Shown: positions 1-9,930, counted from the first letter of the stretch. The stretch: 64,000 nt of DNA from Bacteroidota bacterium (GCA_023151185.1 JAKLJL010000002.1:582288-646287); one strand, 5' to 3'. Notes: a model not told the origin generated them from the sequence alone. Translations and numbers: made by a program.

Positions 1-1
1 T

Positions 2-664
2 CCCAGATATCCTGAAAAAAAATACCACTTTCTTCGCAAGTCGGAAGATGGCAAATATCACCACTCATTTGATGGTCAAAAGGAAGAACTGTATTTTGAC
101 CCAGGTTTGAATGCCGGGGATACATTGATTTGGGAAGGAGAATCAGATCGCTTAGATATTGTTTATGAGACCGGATACATTTTGGTCTTTGATAAACCAG
201 TTAAGTTTTATAAAATTATTTATGATGTAAACAGTTTAATTTCTTACACAAATCTCTATTGCGAGAAATTTGGACTATTATTTACCAGTATGTCAGAAAG
301 CACAGAAAGTCTTTCCCTGCAAGGCTGTGTCCTTGATGGTGTGGTTTACGGTGACACCACCACCACTTCAGTCGGGGTTAAGGAAGCCCTTACCAAACCT
401 GAATCAGTCTGGCTGGGGCAGAACTATCCGAATCCGTTTAACCCTGAAACCGTGGTCCCGGTTCGGGTCAGCCGGGCTGGTTGGGTTAAAGTCGCCGTAT
501 TTGATGTTTCAGGCAGGGAAATACAGGTTCTGAAACAGGGATTTTGGGAACCCGGTGAGTACCGGCTTCCCTTTTCCGGAGCCGGTTTACCTTCAGGGCT
601 TTATTTAATCCGGCTGGAGGCAGCCGGGCAAACACAATCCCGGAAAATGATGCTGGTCAGATAG
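2..664 (+). CDS. T9SS C-terminal sorting domain (CTD) protein, 5'-truncated at the window edge
   Basis: The frame is open from nt 2. The C-terminus is NYPNPFNPETVVPVRV...GLYLIRLEAAGQTQSRKMMLVR, which fits the Por-secretion CTD (TIGR04183-like) consensus. Confidence 0.6.
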   Translation, partial: PRYPEKKYHFLRKSEDGKYHHSFDGQKEELYFDPGLNAGDTLIWEGESDRLDIVYETGYILVFDKPVKFYKIIYDVNSLISYTNLYCEKFGLLFTSMSESTESLSLQGCVLDGVVYGDTTTTSVGVKEALTKPESVWLGQNYPNPFNPETVVPVRVSRAGWVKVAVFDVSGREIQVLKQGFWEPGEYRLPFSGAGLPSGLYLIRLEAAGQTQSRKMMLVR

Positions 665-802
665 TGAAATTAATCCCGGCTTCCTATTTTTTTCGTAGCA
701 CAAGACTAACAGCCGAATAATTTCAGGACAAAAATCTAAAACTGAATCAATCCCGAAAATCTGATGGCCAAAGCCCAACCAGGTGTATCACCATTCCAGA
801 TT

Positions 803-2143
803 TTATTGTTTCATCTGACGGGCAAATTCTTCCCTCGTCCAGTTTTCAGGTCCGGCGGTGGTCATGCAGATATTGTCCTCTATCCGGATGCCGCCAAATT
901 GTTTGAACAGATCTACTTTCGGCCAGTTGACGTATTTCCCTTCCGGTTTTGTCCTGAGTTCGGCAAGCAACGGTTCAATGAAGTAAAAACCCGGTTCAAT
1001 GGTAAAAACAAAACCAGGTTCAATCGTTCTGGTCAGGCGCAGAAAGGGATGTCCGTCCGGTTTGGGTATCAGATCTCCTTTCGGGTTTGAGGCAAATCCG
1101 GCCGCATCATGAACCTGCATGCCAAGCAGATGGCCGATTCCGTGCGGGAAAAACCAGGATGTCAGTTTTTTATCGAGAATGGATTCTGCTGAAAGATCCA
1201 CAAACCGGAAATCGTGAAGCAGTCTGGCGACTGCACCGTGTGCTCTCAGATGCGTTTGCGGATAGGGGTCCCCAACCCTGAGCTGATCAATCAAAGCAAG
1301 CTGTTCACGGTCAAGTGCCTGAATCAGCTCCGAAAATTCATCCTGCAGAAAGGACCAGGTCCGGGTAATATCGGCGGCATATCCCGCAACCTGTGCACCG
1401 GCATCAATCAGAAACGAGTGAAGCTGCCCGGCCTCTTTCCGGTGCTTATCCGTCACCTGATAGTGAAGAACTGATCCGTGCTCATTCAGTGCAATAATGT
1501 TTCCGTAGGGCAGATCACTTTCCATCGACCTGGCTGCGGACAGATAGGCCAGGTGGATTTCAAATTCAGAACTTCCGGCATAAAACGCATCCTTTGCAGC
1601 CAGATGAGCCGTTACCGCCGTCCGGGTTGCCTGTTTCATCAGTTCCTGCTCATAACCGGTTTTGACTGCCCGGAAGTAATGCAGCCTGTTCATGAGATGC
1701 GGCGGGTTCAGTTGTTTAAGTCCCCACTGTTTGAACTGCATTCCGGAAGGGCCAATGTAGGCAGCCCCTGACAGGTTTGCCGGCAAAAATGGTTTCAGCT
1801 CTGCAACGTCCTGAATGATCGTAATTTCGAATCCCTCCACCCAGTATCCGCTGGGTGGTTCAGGCATGATGTACCAGAAATCAGTTGCCAGAAAATAGAG
1901 CAACCGGGGTTTTTTACCAGGTTCCAGAATTACAAAACAATCGGGGTTATCAGTTACCGGTACAAAGTAATTGAAATGGGCATTGACTTTAAACGGCAGG
2001 CTCATATCATCCTGAAACCGGTACTCAAGTGATCCTGAGTGAATAACCAGCCAGTCATACCCCAATTCCTCCATCACCCGGTGATAAGATGCCGTTACCG
2101 TTCTGAGGTGGTCTTGAAAAAGTGTTTTCAGGTCAGTCATCAT
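803..2143 (-). CDS. pepQ: Xaa-Pro dipeptidase (M24B peptidase, PepQ-like)
   Basis: 446 aa. It is colinear with E. coli PepQ (LNEHGSVLHY, FLIDAGA...GYAADITRTW, HGIGHLLGMQVHD, TIEPGFYFIEPLL, FGGIRIEDN), and the pita-bread metal ligands are conserved. Confidence 0.85.
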   Translation of the reverse strand: MMTDLKTLFQDHLRTVTASYHRVMEELGYDWLVIHSGSLEYRFQDDMSLPFKVNAHFNYFVPVTDNPDCFVILEPGKKPRLLYFLATDFWYIMPEPPSGYWVEGFEITIIQDVAELKPFLPANLSGAAYIGPSGMQFKQWGLKQLNPPHLMNRLHYFRAVKTGYEQELMKQATRTAVTAHLAAKDAFYAGSSEFEIHLAYLSAARSMESDLPYGNIIALNEHGSVLHYQVTDKHRKEAGQLHSFLIDAGAQVAGYAADITRTWSFLQDEFSELIQALDREQLALIDQLRVGDPYPQTHLRAHGAVARLLHDFRFVDLSAESILDKKLTSWFFPHGIGHLLGMQVHDAAGFASNPKGDLIPKPDGHPFLRLTRTIEPGFVFTIEPGFYFIEPLLAELRTKPEGKYVNWPKVDLFKQFGGIRIEDNICMTTAGPENWTREEFARQMKQ

Positions 2144-2646
2144 TTCCCCCGTAAATAAAGATCACGAACCGATTTGCCATGTGTACAATCATGGTCCATC
2201 ATTTCGGCAACCCAGAAAAAGTAATCCGTCCGTCCATACTCCGGATGGCGGGACTTCCAGTTCCAGACATCATCCTCCTGCTGGCCGAGAAAGTTAATCA
2301 GGCGTTTCCGGCGGGCAACCCAGGAGTCCAGGTGCCACATGTAGGACTTCCCGTGGAGGTTAACTGATTCCGGATTTAGGCTTTGCCAATTTGAAAGTGC
2401 CAGTTCTTTTGCCTTGTTTTCGATGGGAATAAACCGGTTTTCGTACATCCAGTCTTCCCAGAAATTGAGATGTGCCAGCACCTGAGCCGGAGTCCATTTT
2501 CCGTTTATTGATTCGCATTCTTCCAGAACGGCCCGGTTATCGGCAAAAAACCGGCGGGCATCCAGCGATTCCTGAAGAAAAAGGGTCACAGCCTCCATTG
2601 AAGTCTGGAACTGAACCTGATCCGGTTTAAGGTCAGGAAATGTCAT
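2140..2646 (-). CDS. DinB/YfiT-like (DinB_2) four-helix-bundle metalloenzyme family protein
   Basis: 168 aa. WTPAQVLAHL and a C-terminal HDCTHG His-rich motif are typical of the DinB_2 fold. Its stop overlaps the pepQ start by 4 nt (ATGA). Confidence 0.4.
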   Translation of the reverse strand: MTFPDLKPDQVQFQTSMEAVTLFLQESLDARRFFADNRAVLEECESINGKWTPAQVLAHLNFWEDWMYENRFIPIENKAKELALSNWQSLNPESVNLHGKSYMWHLDSWVARRKRLINFLGQQEDDVWNWKSRHPEYGRTDYFFWVAEMMDHDCTHGKSVRDLYLRGK

Positions 2647-3425
2647 AAATTCTCCTTGCAGCTTTCAGAAGCCATTAAATAAATCTGTCCGACCAGAACA
2701 TTTCCCTTTTGCGGAAACCGCCCGGTAAGCCGGCTGTCAGCGGCAATAACCAGCGGATGGTCCTGCCCGATATCCGTCCGGATCACCCAGAATTCTGATC
2801 CGGTCTCCGGATTTTTGATTTTATCGTAATCCATAACCAATCCCGAAAAAACAGTTTCAGCAGCCGGAATCCAGGCTTCACCCTGATCCTGCCGTTTCAG
2901 TGCAGATAATGAAATGATCTGTTTTCTGAATACCGCCTTGTTTTCACTTTCATACATCCCGACCGAATCATAAAGGGTCAGTTCGGTCCCGAATCCGGTC
3001 AGAAAAAAGGATCCATTGCCATTTTGAACCGGCGGAATCTTTTCGGCAACCAGATCAGCTCCATAGGCGGTGAACCGTTCAAAACCATCGTCATCCCGGC
3101 CGGGAACCCATTCTAGTGAGATAACCGGAATCTCCGTTTCCCGGTAAAAAGGTGTTGCCGCCAGCGGTTCACGGTCACCCGGTTTCCCCCAGAGCTCAAT
3201 GCCCAGGCCAGGCGTCAGACAAACCCAGCCATTCTGGTCCGGAATTCCCGTTTTCAATTTCAGGTTCAGTTCCTTCCAGGTTTCTTCCCGGTGAAAACCG
3301 GTAAACCCGATATCCGAAAAAAAGGAAATTTCATTTTCACTGATCAGCCGGTTCTGCCTGTTACGGAGCCGCCAGTAAAGAAAGAGAAGAAATGCAAGGA
3401 CCGCAAGGGCCAGAAAGGGTACCAT
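2643..3425 (-). CDS. Membrane-anchored hypothetical protein
   Basis: 260 aa. An N-terminal hydrophobic helix (FLALAVLAFLLFLYW) followed by RLRNR, then a soluble domain. It makes a 4-nt overlap with the downstream DinB-like gene. Confidence 0.4.
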   Translation of the reverse strand: MVPFLALAVLAFLLFLYWRLRNRQNRLISENEISFFSDIGFTGFHREETWKELNLKLKTGIPDQNGWVCLTPGLGIELWGKPGDREPLAATPFYRETEIPVISLEWVPGRDDDGFERFTAYGADLVAEKIPPVQNGNGSFFLTGFGTELTLYDSVGMYESENKAVFRKQIISLSALKRQDQGEAWIPAAETVFSGLVMDYDKIKNPETGSEFWVIRTDIGQDHPLVIAADSRLTGRFPQKGNVLVGQIYLMASESCKENL

Positions 3426-3484
3426 ATCAATCCGGAATTACTAAATTCAAAGATATTCGATTCCCGGGATAAAAATACCGGGTA

Positions 3485-4948
3485 TTAAAAATTTTCTGCT
3501 TCCGGAAACCCGGTTCCCTTCTTTTTTTCATGAAGAAGGTTTTTCATCATAACCCAATCCTGTTTACCGGCAACGTTCATCGAAAAAACTGTCGAAAGGT
3601 ACAATCCGCCGGCAACAATAATCCGGATCGTGACCGGCCAGTTATCCGAAAGGATCAGGAACCCTGACATTGCCAGAACCGGCACAAAAAACCGCCAGTT
3701 AATTCCAGCAGAAAACGTAAAGGCTTTTATTTTTCTGATTCTGACAAGCAGAAAGGCCAGCAGAACAGTTTCGGCAGCTACAGTTGCCCAGGCTGCACCC
3801 ACTGCACCAAATTGGGGGATAAAAAACCAATTCAGGATAAGATTTACCCCAACACTCACTGAAGTTAAAATCAGGTTCCACCGGGTTTTCCCGGCTATCA
3901 TCAGCAAATTCAGAAAAATCAGGTTCCACCCCATCGGGATGAGTCCCCACCAGAGAATTCTGGCCAGTTCACCTGCAACCAGAAATTCCGGACTGAACAG
4001 CCAAACCATCAGGTCACGGGCAACAAAGAATCCACCTGCAGAAACTGCAACCGAAAACAATAGTGAAAATTTGAGAAGTTTGCCGGTAAGTTCAGGCAGG
4101 TTTCGCCGTTCTTCTGCCCAGAAATAATTCAGTACCGGGAAAAAGGCAGCAATGGCCAGAACCGGGATTGTCTGGACCAAATCCTGAATTTTCATCACGG
4201 CGGTGTACTGACCGATTTCACTTAAATCGCCTCTGAAAAACTTCAGCATGACCACATCCACCCGAAGGTAGATGACCACCAGAAAGGCCGTCAGGGATAC
4301 AGGCAGAGCCTGACTGAAAACCTGCTTCCAGTTGAATCCGGAACCTGAAGGCAGATTTTCCCTCACTTTTACCTGTCTGATCCGGAACCATCCGGCACCG
4401 GCAGAAATCAGGTTTCCGGCAATCGATCCCGCAAGGGCAAGTTCAAGTGAACCGGCCGAAATCCCCGCAATTGATCCGGCAGCAACGAGAAACCGGTTCA
4501 GTGTTTTTATGATGGATTCAGCCTTCTGATCATCCAGACTCCAGAGCAGGTGCTGAACAAACTCTACCCAGGATCCGGTGACTAAAAATCCCAGCATGAG
4601 AAACAGCAAACTTTGCTCTTCAGGTGTCCAGGATGGAAGAAGGGCTGCCAAACCGGTAACTGCGGCAAAAATCAAAGACAGTCCAGCTTTCGCTGTCAGA
4701 ATCCGGCGGGCATACATCCTGAATACAGACCGGTTCTGACTTACATCCCGCACCAGAATGAGATTCAGCCCCAGATCAGTCAGAACTATAAAAAGAGACA
4801 GGAAACTGTAAACCGAAGACCAGGCCCCGTAGGCATCTGTCCCAAGTCGCCGGGTCATAAGCAGAATAACCCAGAACATTGCAAGGCGGGAAAGTGCCTC
4901 TGCAGTCAGTTTAAAGGCAAAATGGGAAAAGACCCTGGTCGCTGACAT
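3485..4948 (-). CDS. Wzx-like polysaccharide/oligosaccharide flippase (MOP superfamily, PF01943-like)
   Basis: 12-14 predicted TM segments. The N-terminal pattern LTAEALSRLAMFWVILLMTRRLG...YGAWSSVYSFLSLF is typical of polysaccharide-biosynthesis flippases. The likely start is the internal Met at 4948, which forms a TGATG overlap with the upstream gene stop. The ORF track extends to 5011. Confidence 0.7.
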   Translation of the reverse strand: MSATRVFSHFAFKLTAEALSRLAMFWVILLMTRRLGTDAYGAWSSVYSFLSLFIVLTDLGLNLILVRDVSQNRSVFRMYARRILTAKAGLSLIFAAVTGLAALLPSWTPEEQSLLFLMLGFLVTGSWVEFVQHLLWSLDDQKAESIIKTLNRFLVAAGSIAGISAGSLELALAGSIAGNLISAGAGWFRIRQVKVRENLPSGSGFNWKQVFSQALPVSLTAFLVVIYLRVDVVMLKFFRGDLSEIGQYTAVMKIQDLVQTIPVLAIAAFFPVLNYFWAEERRNLPELTGKLLKFSLLFSVAVSAGGFFVARDLMVWLFSPEFLVAGELARILWWGLIPMGWNLIFLNLLMIAGKTRWNLILTSVSVGVNLILNWFFIPQFGAVGAAWATVAAETVLLAFLLVRIRKIKAFTFSAGINWRFFVPVLAMSGFLILSDNWPVTIRIIVAGGLYLSTVFSMNVAGKQDWVMMKNLLHEKKKGTGFPEAENF

Positions 4949-6351
4949 CAGGCAAGTAACCCGTGGCCGACCCGGATACCGGCAACCACAGACCCGAACC
5001 AGGTCCACCAATCCGGATTTTCCTGATGGGTAAAGGAATTGTGGAACAATAAACTGACGTGGCCCTGCCAGGTTTTAACTTCTTTGAGTAAACCGGCGGT
5101 TAATCTGAGGGCTTCATCTGCAGAAACTTTCCGGTAATCCGTAAACGTAGCATCCATGGCAATCAGGGGTATGTACCAGGTATCGGTTAGCTTCCATGCA
5201 GTCAGATCAAATCCCTGAAAAGGATGAACCGAATTCCGTCTGAAGCCTTCATGGTCATGAAACCCAAGTGTATAATCTTCTTTGATGTTCAGATCCTGAA
5301 GGATAGAAGGCGTAACAGCCGGATCAAACATCAGAAAATGCTGACGGTTGATGGGATTCATTTCGGGAATTGCTGTCTGCAACTCCGTCAAATCCTTAAA
5401 AAACTGTTCCGGGTCGGATGCTGACCGGATGGTTGGATGCAGGCCAATCCGGCATTGGTTTTCTAGTGCCATTTTCCTGATTGTAGCAAGAATGGGATCC
5501 CTGAAATCAATCCGGCTGTCCCGTTTGTCGCTTTTCCCGGCTCTTAAAAAATAAACCGGCCGGGATTGGTGGTCGTTATGGAATCCGATGATTTCCTTCA
5601 GTGAAGTTTGATACGGATCTTCAGAAGTAAACTGCCGGCGGAATTCCTGCCAAACTCCCAGATTTTCCTGATTTGATCCGCCTGGGATCATAATCCGCCT
5701 GAGCCAGTAACCAGCTGTCCATTTTTTAAGATGATCCAGATCATGAGTCAATGTTACCCGCCAGGAATATCCGTCATGCAGAGCAAAAGAAGCCGGAATT
5801 CCCAAACTGTGAAGTCCGGTAACCAGACAGGCTATCGTTTCTTCGGCAAGTGCCCGTCCGGAACTGTTTAAGCGGGCAGCGAGTGACCCTGAAAAAAGAA
5901 CCCGGCCAAGGGCATCCCGTTCAGAAAATAATTCATTCCAGCCGGTGAGAAGAATAAAAAGCTGAGAAATCCAATCGGCATGATAAAGGACCCGGTCACC
6001 AGTCAGATCTGCAATTCCGGAAGTCTCCCGGTTAACAGGGAATAGCATCGGGAGGTCATGGTCAAGGTTTTCAAAATTCTGTGCCTGGTCGGGAGAAACC
6101 GGTTTCCGCCGGAACCAGAGGTTTTCTGCTTCCCGGCTGAACGGAACAAAAAGGCATCCGTCAACAGAGGCATACTTTTTCTGGTTTTCCGGGTAGTCCC
6201 AGATCAGAACCAGGTTATCACCGGGCTCAAGGGCAAAGACCCGTTCGATTTTTTCAGGCGTCAGGAGTGAATTCAGGTGGCGGATAGTATAATCGGCAAC
6301 CCTTTCTGCCTTCCCGGTTAACGGTGAGAAAAAAAGAATCATGACTCTCAA
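4948..6351 (-). CDS. Hypothetical protein (possibly a divergent carbohydrate-active or deacetylase-like enzyme)
   Basis: 467 aa with no signal peptide. It is translationally coupled to the flippase (1-nt overlap) and to the upstream HAD gene (4-nt overlap). I could not recognise a confident family motif. Confidence 0.35.
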   Translation of the reverse strand: MRVMILFFSPLTGKAERVADYTIRHLNSLLTPEKIERVFALEPGDNLVLIWDYPENQKKYASVDGCLFVPFSREAENLWFRRKPVSPDQAQNFENLDHDLPMLFPVNRETSGIADLTGDRVLYHADWISQLFILLTGWNELFSERDALGRVLFSGSLAARLNSSGRALAEETIACLVTGLHSLGIPASFALHDGYSWRVTLTHDLDHLKKWTAGYWLRRIMIPGGSNQENLGVWQEFRRQFTSEDPYQTSLKEIIGFHNDHQSRPVYFLRAGKSDKRDSRIDFRDPILATIRKMALENQCRIGLHPTIRSASDPEQFFKDLTELQTAIPEMNPINRQHFLMFDPAVTPSILQDLNIKEDYTLGFHDHEGFRRNSVHPFQGFDLTAWKLTDTWYIPLIAMDATFTDYRKVSADEALRLTAGLLKEVKTWQGHVSLLFHNSFTHQENPDWWTWFGSVVAGIRVGHGLLA

Positions 6352-7061
6352 ACCCCCGTTAAAGTAAGGATACGGGGAAATGCTTCAAGAAGCCTGTCAT
6401 GTCCCTGAACAACGGCAAGTGCCGGATCAGAATGACCCGATTTTCCGGAATAATCAAAAAAAACCGTCTTCCAACCGGCGGCGTGCGAACCCAGAACATC
6501 AGTTTCAAAAGAATCACCGATATAAAGATGGTCTCCTGAAGGAAGTCCGGTTCTCTGTTCGGCATATCTGAAAATTCCGGGATCCGGTTTTTGGACACCA
6601 GCCTCTTCACTCAGAACCACAACCTCAAAAAATGACTCCCACCCCAGGTTTTTTATTTTAAGGTATTGAAGTTCTGTAAATCCGTTCGAGAGAATCCCAA
6701 GCCGGTAATCTGCTTTTTTAACATACTCAAGTACTTTATCTGCACCCGCAACCGGTTGCCATTCCCGGATGTAATTTTCATAATAGGCTGCTGTAAACCG
6801 GTCAATAACCACTTTATCCCGGGTGAGCTGTCCTACACTTCGGTCAAAACGCCCGAATTTCACTTCTTCTTTGGATACTTCTGACCGGCTGTAAGCATCC
6901 CATAATTTCAGATTAATTGCATGATAGGCCAACCGGAAGGGTTCAAACCCGGTGTCTTCGCCAAAAACAGTTTTATAAGTCTTATAAAGGGCATTTTTTT
7001 CAGCAAGGGAGTGGTCGACGAGAGTGTTATCGAGATCAAAAAAAATAAACGGACCCGGCAT
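6348..7061 (-). CDS. HAD-IA hydrolase, YjjG-like pyrimidine 5'-nucleotidase family
   Basis: FFDLDNTL (DxDxT) motif I, ILSNG motif II, K...GDS..D motif III/IV. Colinear with E. coli YjjG. Confidence 0.7.
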   Translation of the reverse strand: MPGPFIFFDLDNTLVDHSLAEKNALYKTYKTVFGEDTGFEPFRLAYHAINLKLWDAYSRSEVSKEEVKFGRFDRSVGQLTRDKVVIDRFTAAYYENYIREWQPVAGADKVLEYVKKADYRLGILSNGFTELQYLKIKNLGWESFFEVVVLSEEAGVQKPDPGIFRYAEQRTGLPSGDHLYIGDSFETDVLGSHAAGWKTVFFDYSGKSGHSDPALAVVQGHDRLLEAFPRILTLTGV

Positions 7062-8599
7062 CAGGGCGTGACTCCCATTTTCCTGAGCTCAGTCTCTATT
7101 TCTCTCGAAAGAGAGTTTACGAAAACATGGTCCTCTGCTGCCAGTGCTTTGCGCATGGCTGTTTCAGCTTCTGCCTTCTTTCCTGTTTTGACCAATACTT
7201 TTCCCTGCTGGAAGAGTGAAAAGGGTTCGATCCAGCTTTGTTCAGGCAGGTCAGATCTTTCTGCAGACCGGTAATATTGCAGGGCAAGGTCTGGCTGTTT
7301 AAGTTCTTCATAGATGCGCCCAAGTCTGAAATCAGCTTCAGCTATAACTTCTGAGGACTTCCCGGCTGATTTTCTTGCATCAAGAAGTGACAGGAGGGCT
7401 TCATCAAAACTTCCCGAGTCGAAATAATTTCTGCCGATCCAAAGTGATTTTTCGGCAGGGGACATAGGTTTTTTGACCCACTTCTTCCCTTCCTCTGAAG
7501 CATACGTCTCAAAATCGTTTTGCTTTCTCGGTTCAAGATTGCCAAACCACTTTGCTGCCTGATCATGCTGGCCTGAAAGTTCATAGGAAAGTGCCAGCCG
7601 GAATTTGGCCAGAGTCAGGTTCGTAAGGGCCTTATTGCCATTTATAAATTCCTCAAGAAGCGGAATCGCTTTGGAGAAATTATTTTCAAAAAAATAACCT
7701 TCCGCAATCCGGAACAGAACCTGATCAGAAAACGCAGGTGAGGTTTTTTTGATGGATTCATATTTAGCTTCCATCAGTTCGACCGATTTCCTGATTTCCC
7801 GGTTTCGCTGATAGGCGATAGATTTTACCAGCAGAAAAACTCCGTTTTCAGGATACCTGAACAGCAGATCATCCAGTTTCCGGATGGCTTTCTCAGGGTC
7901 TTTATCCACAAAAAGATCAATCCCGGAAAGAAAAAACAAAGCTTCGTCCCGTGAAAAGGTACCTGCCTGTGCTGCCTTTTCGAGTTCTGCCCGACCCTGA
8001 GCCATCGAACCGGAAAACCCGGTAATTGAAGCCAGCCAGGAATAGCGTGCAGGTACTGTTCCAATCATAAAATGAAAAATCCCCAGTCCTTTAAGCAGGT
8101 CCGGATTTCCCGGCGTCCTTTCATTGGCACTCTCGTAATACTTATATGCAGACCTGGCATTCCAGGCGGCTGAAATAAAATCATTTTTTCTGACCTGAAC
8201 AATGGCCCGCCAAAGGGTACCTTCCCCTTTCAGAAACAAAATTTCATCAGACTCGGTCTGGGTGCCCAGATACTGATCCATAGCCGTCCAACTCGTTTCA
8301 AATTTTTGGAACTGAGCGTCATCCTCGGTCAGCAGATACATCCAGGCTGAAATCTGCATTGAATAAAACAGTCTGACGGCTTCTGACTCTCCCTTGAGTG
8401 GTTTTACCGGCAACAGACGTCGGGCTTCAGTAAAATCGAACCGGAGAATCGAGGTCCGGATTTGTTCAAACGGCGGCTGATTAAAGATCGGATATGATTT
8501 CGCAAATCCAGCGGAAACCTGAAAAAGCAGGGAGGCAAGGAGTAAAAAAGGCACAAAAACGGTCAGGTCAGATTGTTTTCGCATCCGGGTTTTCTTCAA
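7061..8599 (-). CDS. Tetratricopeptide-repeat protein with signal peptide
   Basis: 512 aa. N-terminal signal peptide (FVPFLLLASLLFQVSAGFA) and multiple TPR-like helical repeats. Its stop overlaps the HAD start (TGATG). Confidence 0.55.
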   Translation of the reverse strand: MKKTRMRKQSDLTVFVPFLLLASLLFQVSAGFAKSYPIFNQPPFEQIRTSILRFDFTEARRLLPVKPLKGESEAVRLFYSMQISAWMYLLTEDDAQFQKFETSWTAMDQYLGTQTESDEILFLKGEGTLWRAIVQVRKNDFISAAWNARSAYKYYESANERTPGNPDLLKGLGIFHFMIGTVPARYSWLASITGFSGSMAQGRAELEKAAQAGTFSRDEALFFLSGIDLFVDKDPEKAIRKLDDLLFRYPENGVFLLVKSIAYQRNREIRKSVELMEAKYESIKKTSPAFSDQVLFRIAEGYFFENNFSKAIPLLEEFINGNKALTNLTLAKFRLALSYELSGQHDQAAKWFGNLEPRKQNDFETYASEEGKKWVKKPMSPAEKSLWIGRNYFDSGSFDEALLSLLDARKSAGKSSEVIAEADFRLGRIYEELKQPDLALQYYRSAERSDLPEQSWIEPFSLFQQGKVLVKTGKKAEAETAMRKALAAEDHVFVNSLSREIETELRKMGVTP

Positions 8600-9863
8600 A
8601 AAGGTTTTCCTGAGTCGCTATGACAGATGCAACAACGGCATCGCCGGTTACATTAACAGTCGTTCTGAGCATATCCAAAACCCGGTCCACTCCAAAAATC
8701 AGGGCAATTCCCTCCGGGGGGATATGAACACTCTGTAAAACGATGACCAGCATAATCATTCCGACACCAGGAACGGCTGCAGTTCCGATCGACGCCAGTG
8801 TTGCCGTCAGAATAATCGTCAGTTGCTCAGACCAATGAAGCGGAATGCCATAAACCTGTGCAATAAAGACGGCAGCTACTCCCTGATACAAGGCAGTTCC
8901 ATCCATGTTGATGGTGGCCCCCAATGGCAAAACAAACCCGGTCACTTCTTCTTTAATTCCCAGTTTTTTCTGGCAGACGTCCATATTTAACGGAAGTGTA
9001 GCCGCCGAACTGGATGAACTGAAGGCCAAAAGCTGAACCTCTGAAATGGCTTTAAAAAACTTTCGAACTGTTAGTTTGGACAGAAAGGCAATCATCGGGG
9101 CATAGACAATCAGGACATGCAGAACCAGGCCGGCAACCACAACAAAGAAGTATTTACCCAGCGGAAGCAGGATTTCAAATCCGAAATCTGCAATGACGGC
9201 TGCGATAAGAGCAAATACGCCGTACGGGGCAGCCTTCATTACCAGTTCAATGATTTTGATGGTTGCATCCGTTAACCCGTCAAAAAACCGGACAACTGGC
9301 TCAGCCTTTTCGTGGGGTATCCGGTTTAGGGCAATTCCCAGAAATAGAGCAAAAAAGACAATCTGAAGCATTTCTCCCCGTTCAGTTGCCAGAGAATGAA
9401 ACGGATTGTAAGGTACAATATCCAGTAACTGCTCCGTAACACTGAATTGGGGCTGATCAGACAGTTTGGATTTGACCACATCTGAATACTCAGTCCTAAG
9501 CTGACTTTTTACTGAATCATCCAGGCCTTTACCCGGACCGGTCAGGTTGGCAATTAATAATCCAATGGTAATGGCTACAGCCGTTGTCGCCAGATAAAGG
9601 GCAAAAGTTTTGGTACCGATCCTGGAAAGTTTTTTCAGGTCTTTCATAGACGCCACACCAACAACCAGAGACGCCAGAACCAAAGGAACTGCAACCATGG
9701 ATATCAGCCGGATAAACAGAGATCCGACCGGTTTAACATAGTCCGTGACCAGCCAGGCATATCCGGCTGCTGAAAGAAGGGCTCCGGCAGCAGCACCAGA
9801 GACCATTGCAATCAGGATTTTCCAGTGCAGGCTCAGTTTTTTAGGTTGGTTCATGGTGGTCAA
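8568..9863 (-). CDS. gltP: Dicarboxylate/amino acid:cation symporter (DAACS family, GltP/DctA-like)
   Basis: 431 aa. PLGATINMDGTA and AAVPGVGMIMLV motifs and 8-10 TM segments are typical of the SLC1/DAACS family. Confidence 0.8.
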   Translation of the reverse strand: MTTMNQPKKLSLHWKILIAMVSGAAAGALLSAAGYAWLVTDYVKPVGSLFIRLISMVAVPLVLASLVVGVASMKDLKKLSRIGTKTFALYLATTAVAITIGLLIANLTGPGKGLDDSVKSQLRTEYSDVVKSKLSDQPQFSVTEQLLDIVPYNPFHSLATERGEMLQIVFFALFLGIALNRIPHEKAEPVVRFFDGLTDATIKIIELVMKAAPYGVFALIAAVIADFGFEILLPLGKYFFVVVAGLVLHVLIVYAPMIAFLSKLTVRKFFKAISEVQLLAFSSSSSAATLPLNMDVCQKKLGIKEEVTGFVLPLGATINMDGTALYQGVAAVFIAQVYGIPLHWSEQLTIILTATLASIGTAAVPGVGMIMLVIVLQSVHIPPEGIALIFGVDRVLDMLRTTVNVTGDAVVASVIATQENLFEENPDAKTI

Positions 9864-9930
9864 TTTTGGTAAAAAGCAGGAAAATGTGGCTGTAAATGTG
9901 TAGTTTTATAAAAACAAAAGCGAATATAGG

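Noticed and set aside
664-803. Possible terminator after the CTD gene (T-run at about 686-694)
   Set aside because: There is no convincing GC-rich stem immediately upstream of the T-run, only direct repeats of AATCCCGG.
2140-2646. 168-aa protein as ClbS/DUF1706 colibactin-resistance-like protein
   Set aside because: The WTPAQVLAHL and HDCTHG spacing fits DinB_2 better. I cannot distinguish these related four-helix-bundle families without an HMM, so only the broad DinB-like call is made.
3485-5011. ORF-track N-terminal extensions (flippase to 5011, porU to 30699, glgA from 31108, rpiB from 36968, tyrS from 59523, lepB to 56159)
   Set aside because: The extensions overlap upstream genes or lack signal peptides. 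Internal Met codons at 4948, 30543, 31156, 37001, 59652 and 56099 give canonical N-termini and tidy junctions, so the shorter models are preferred.
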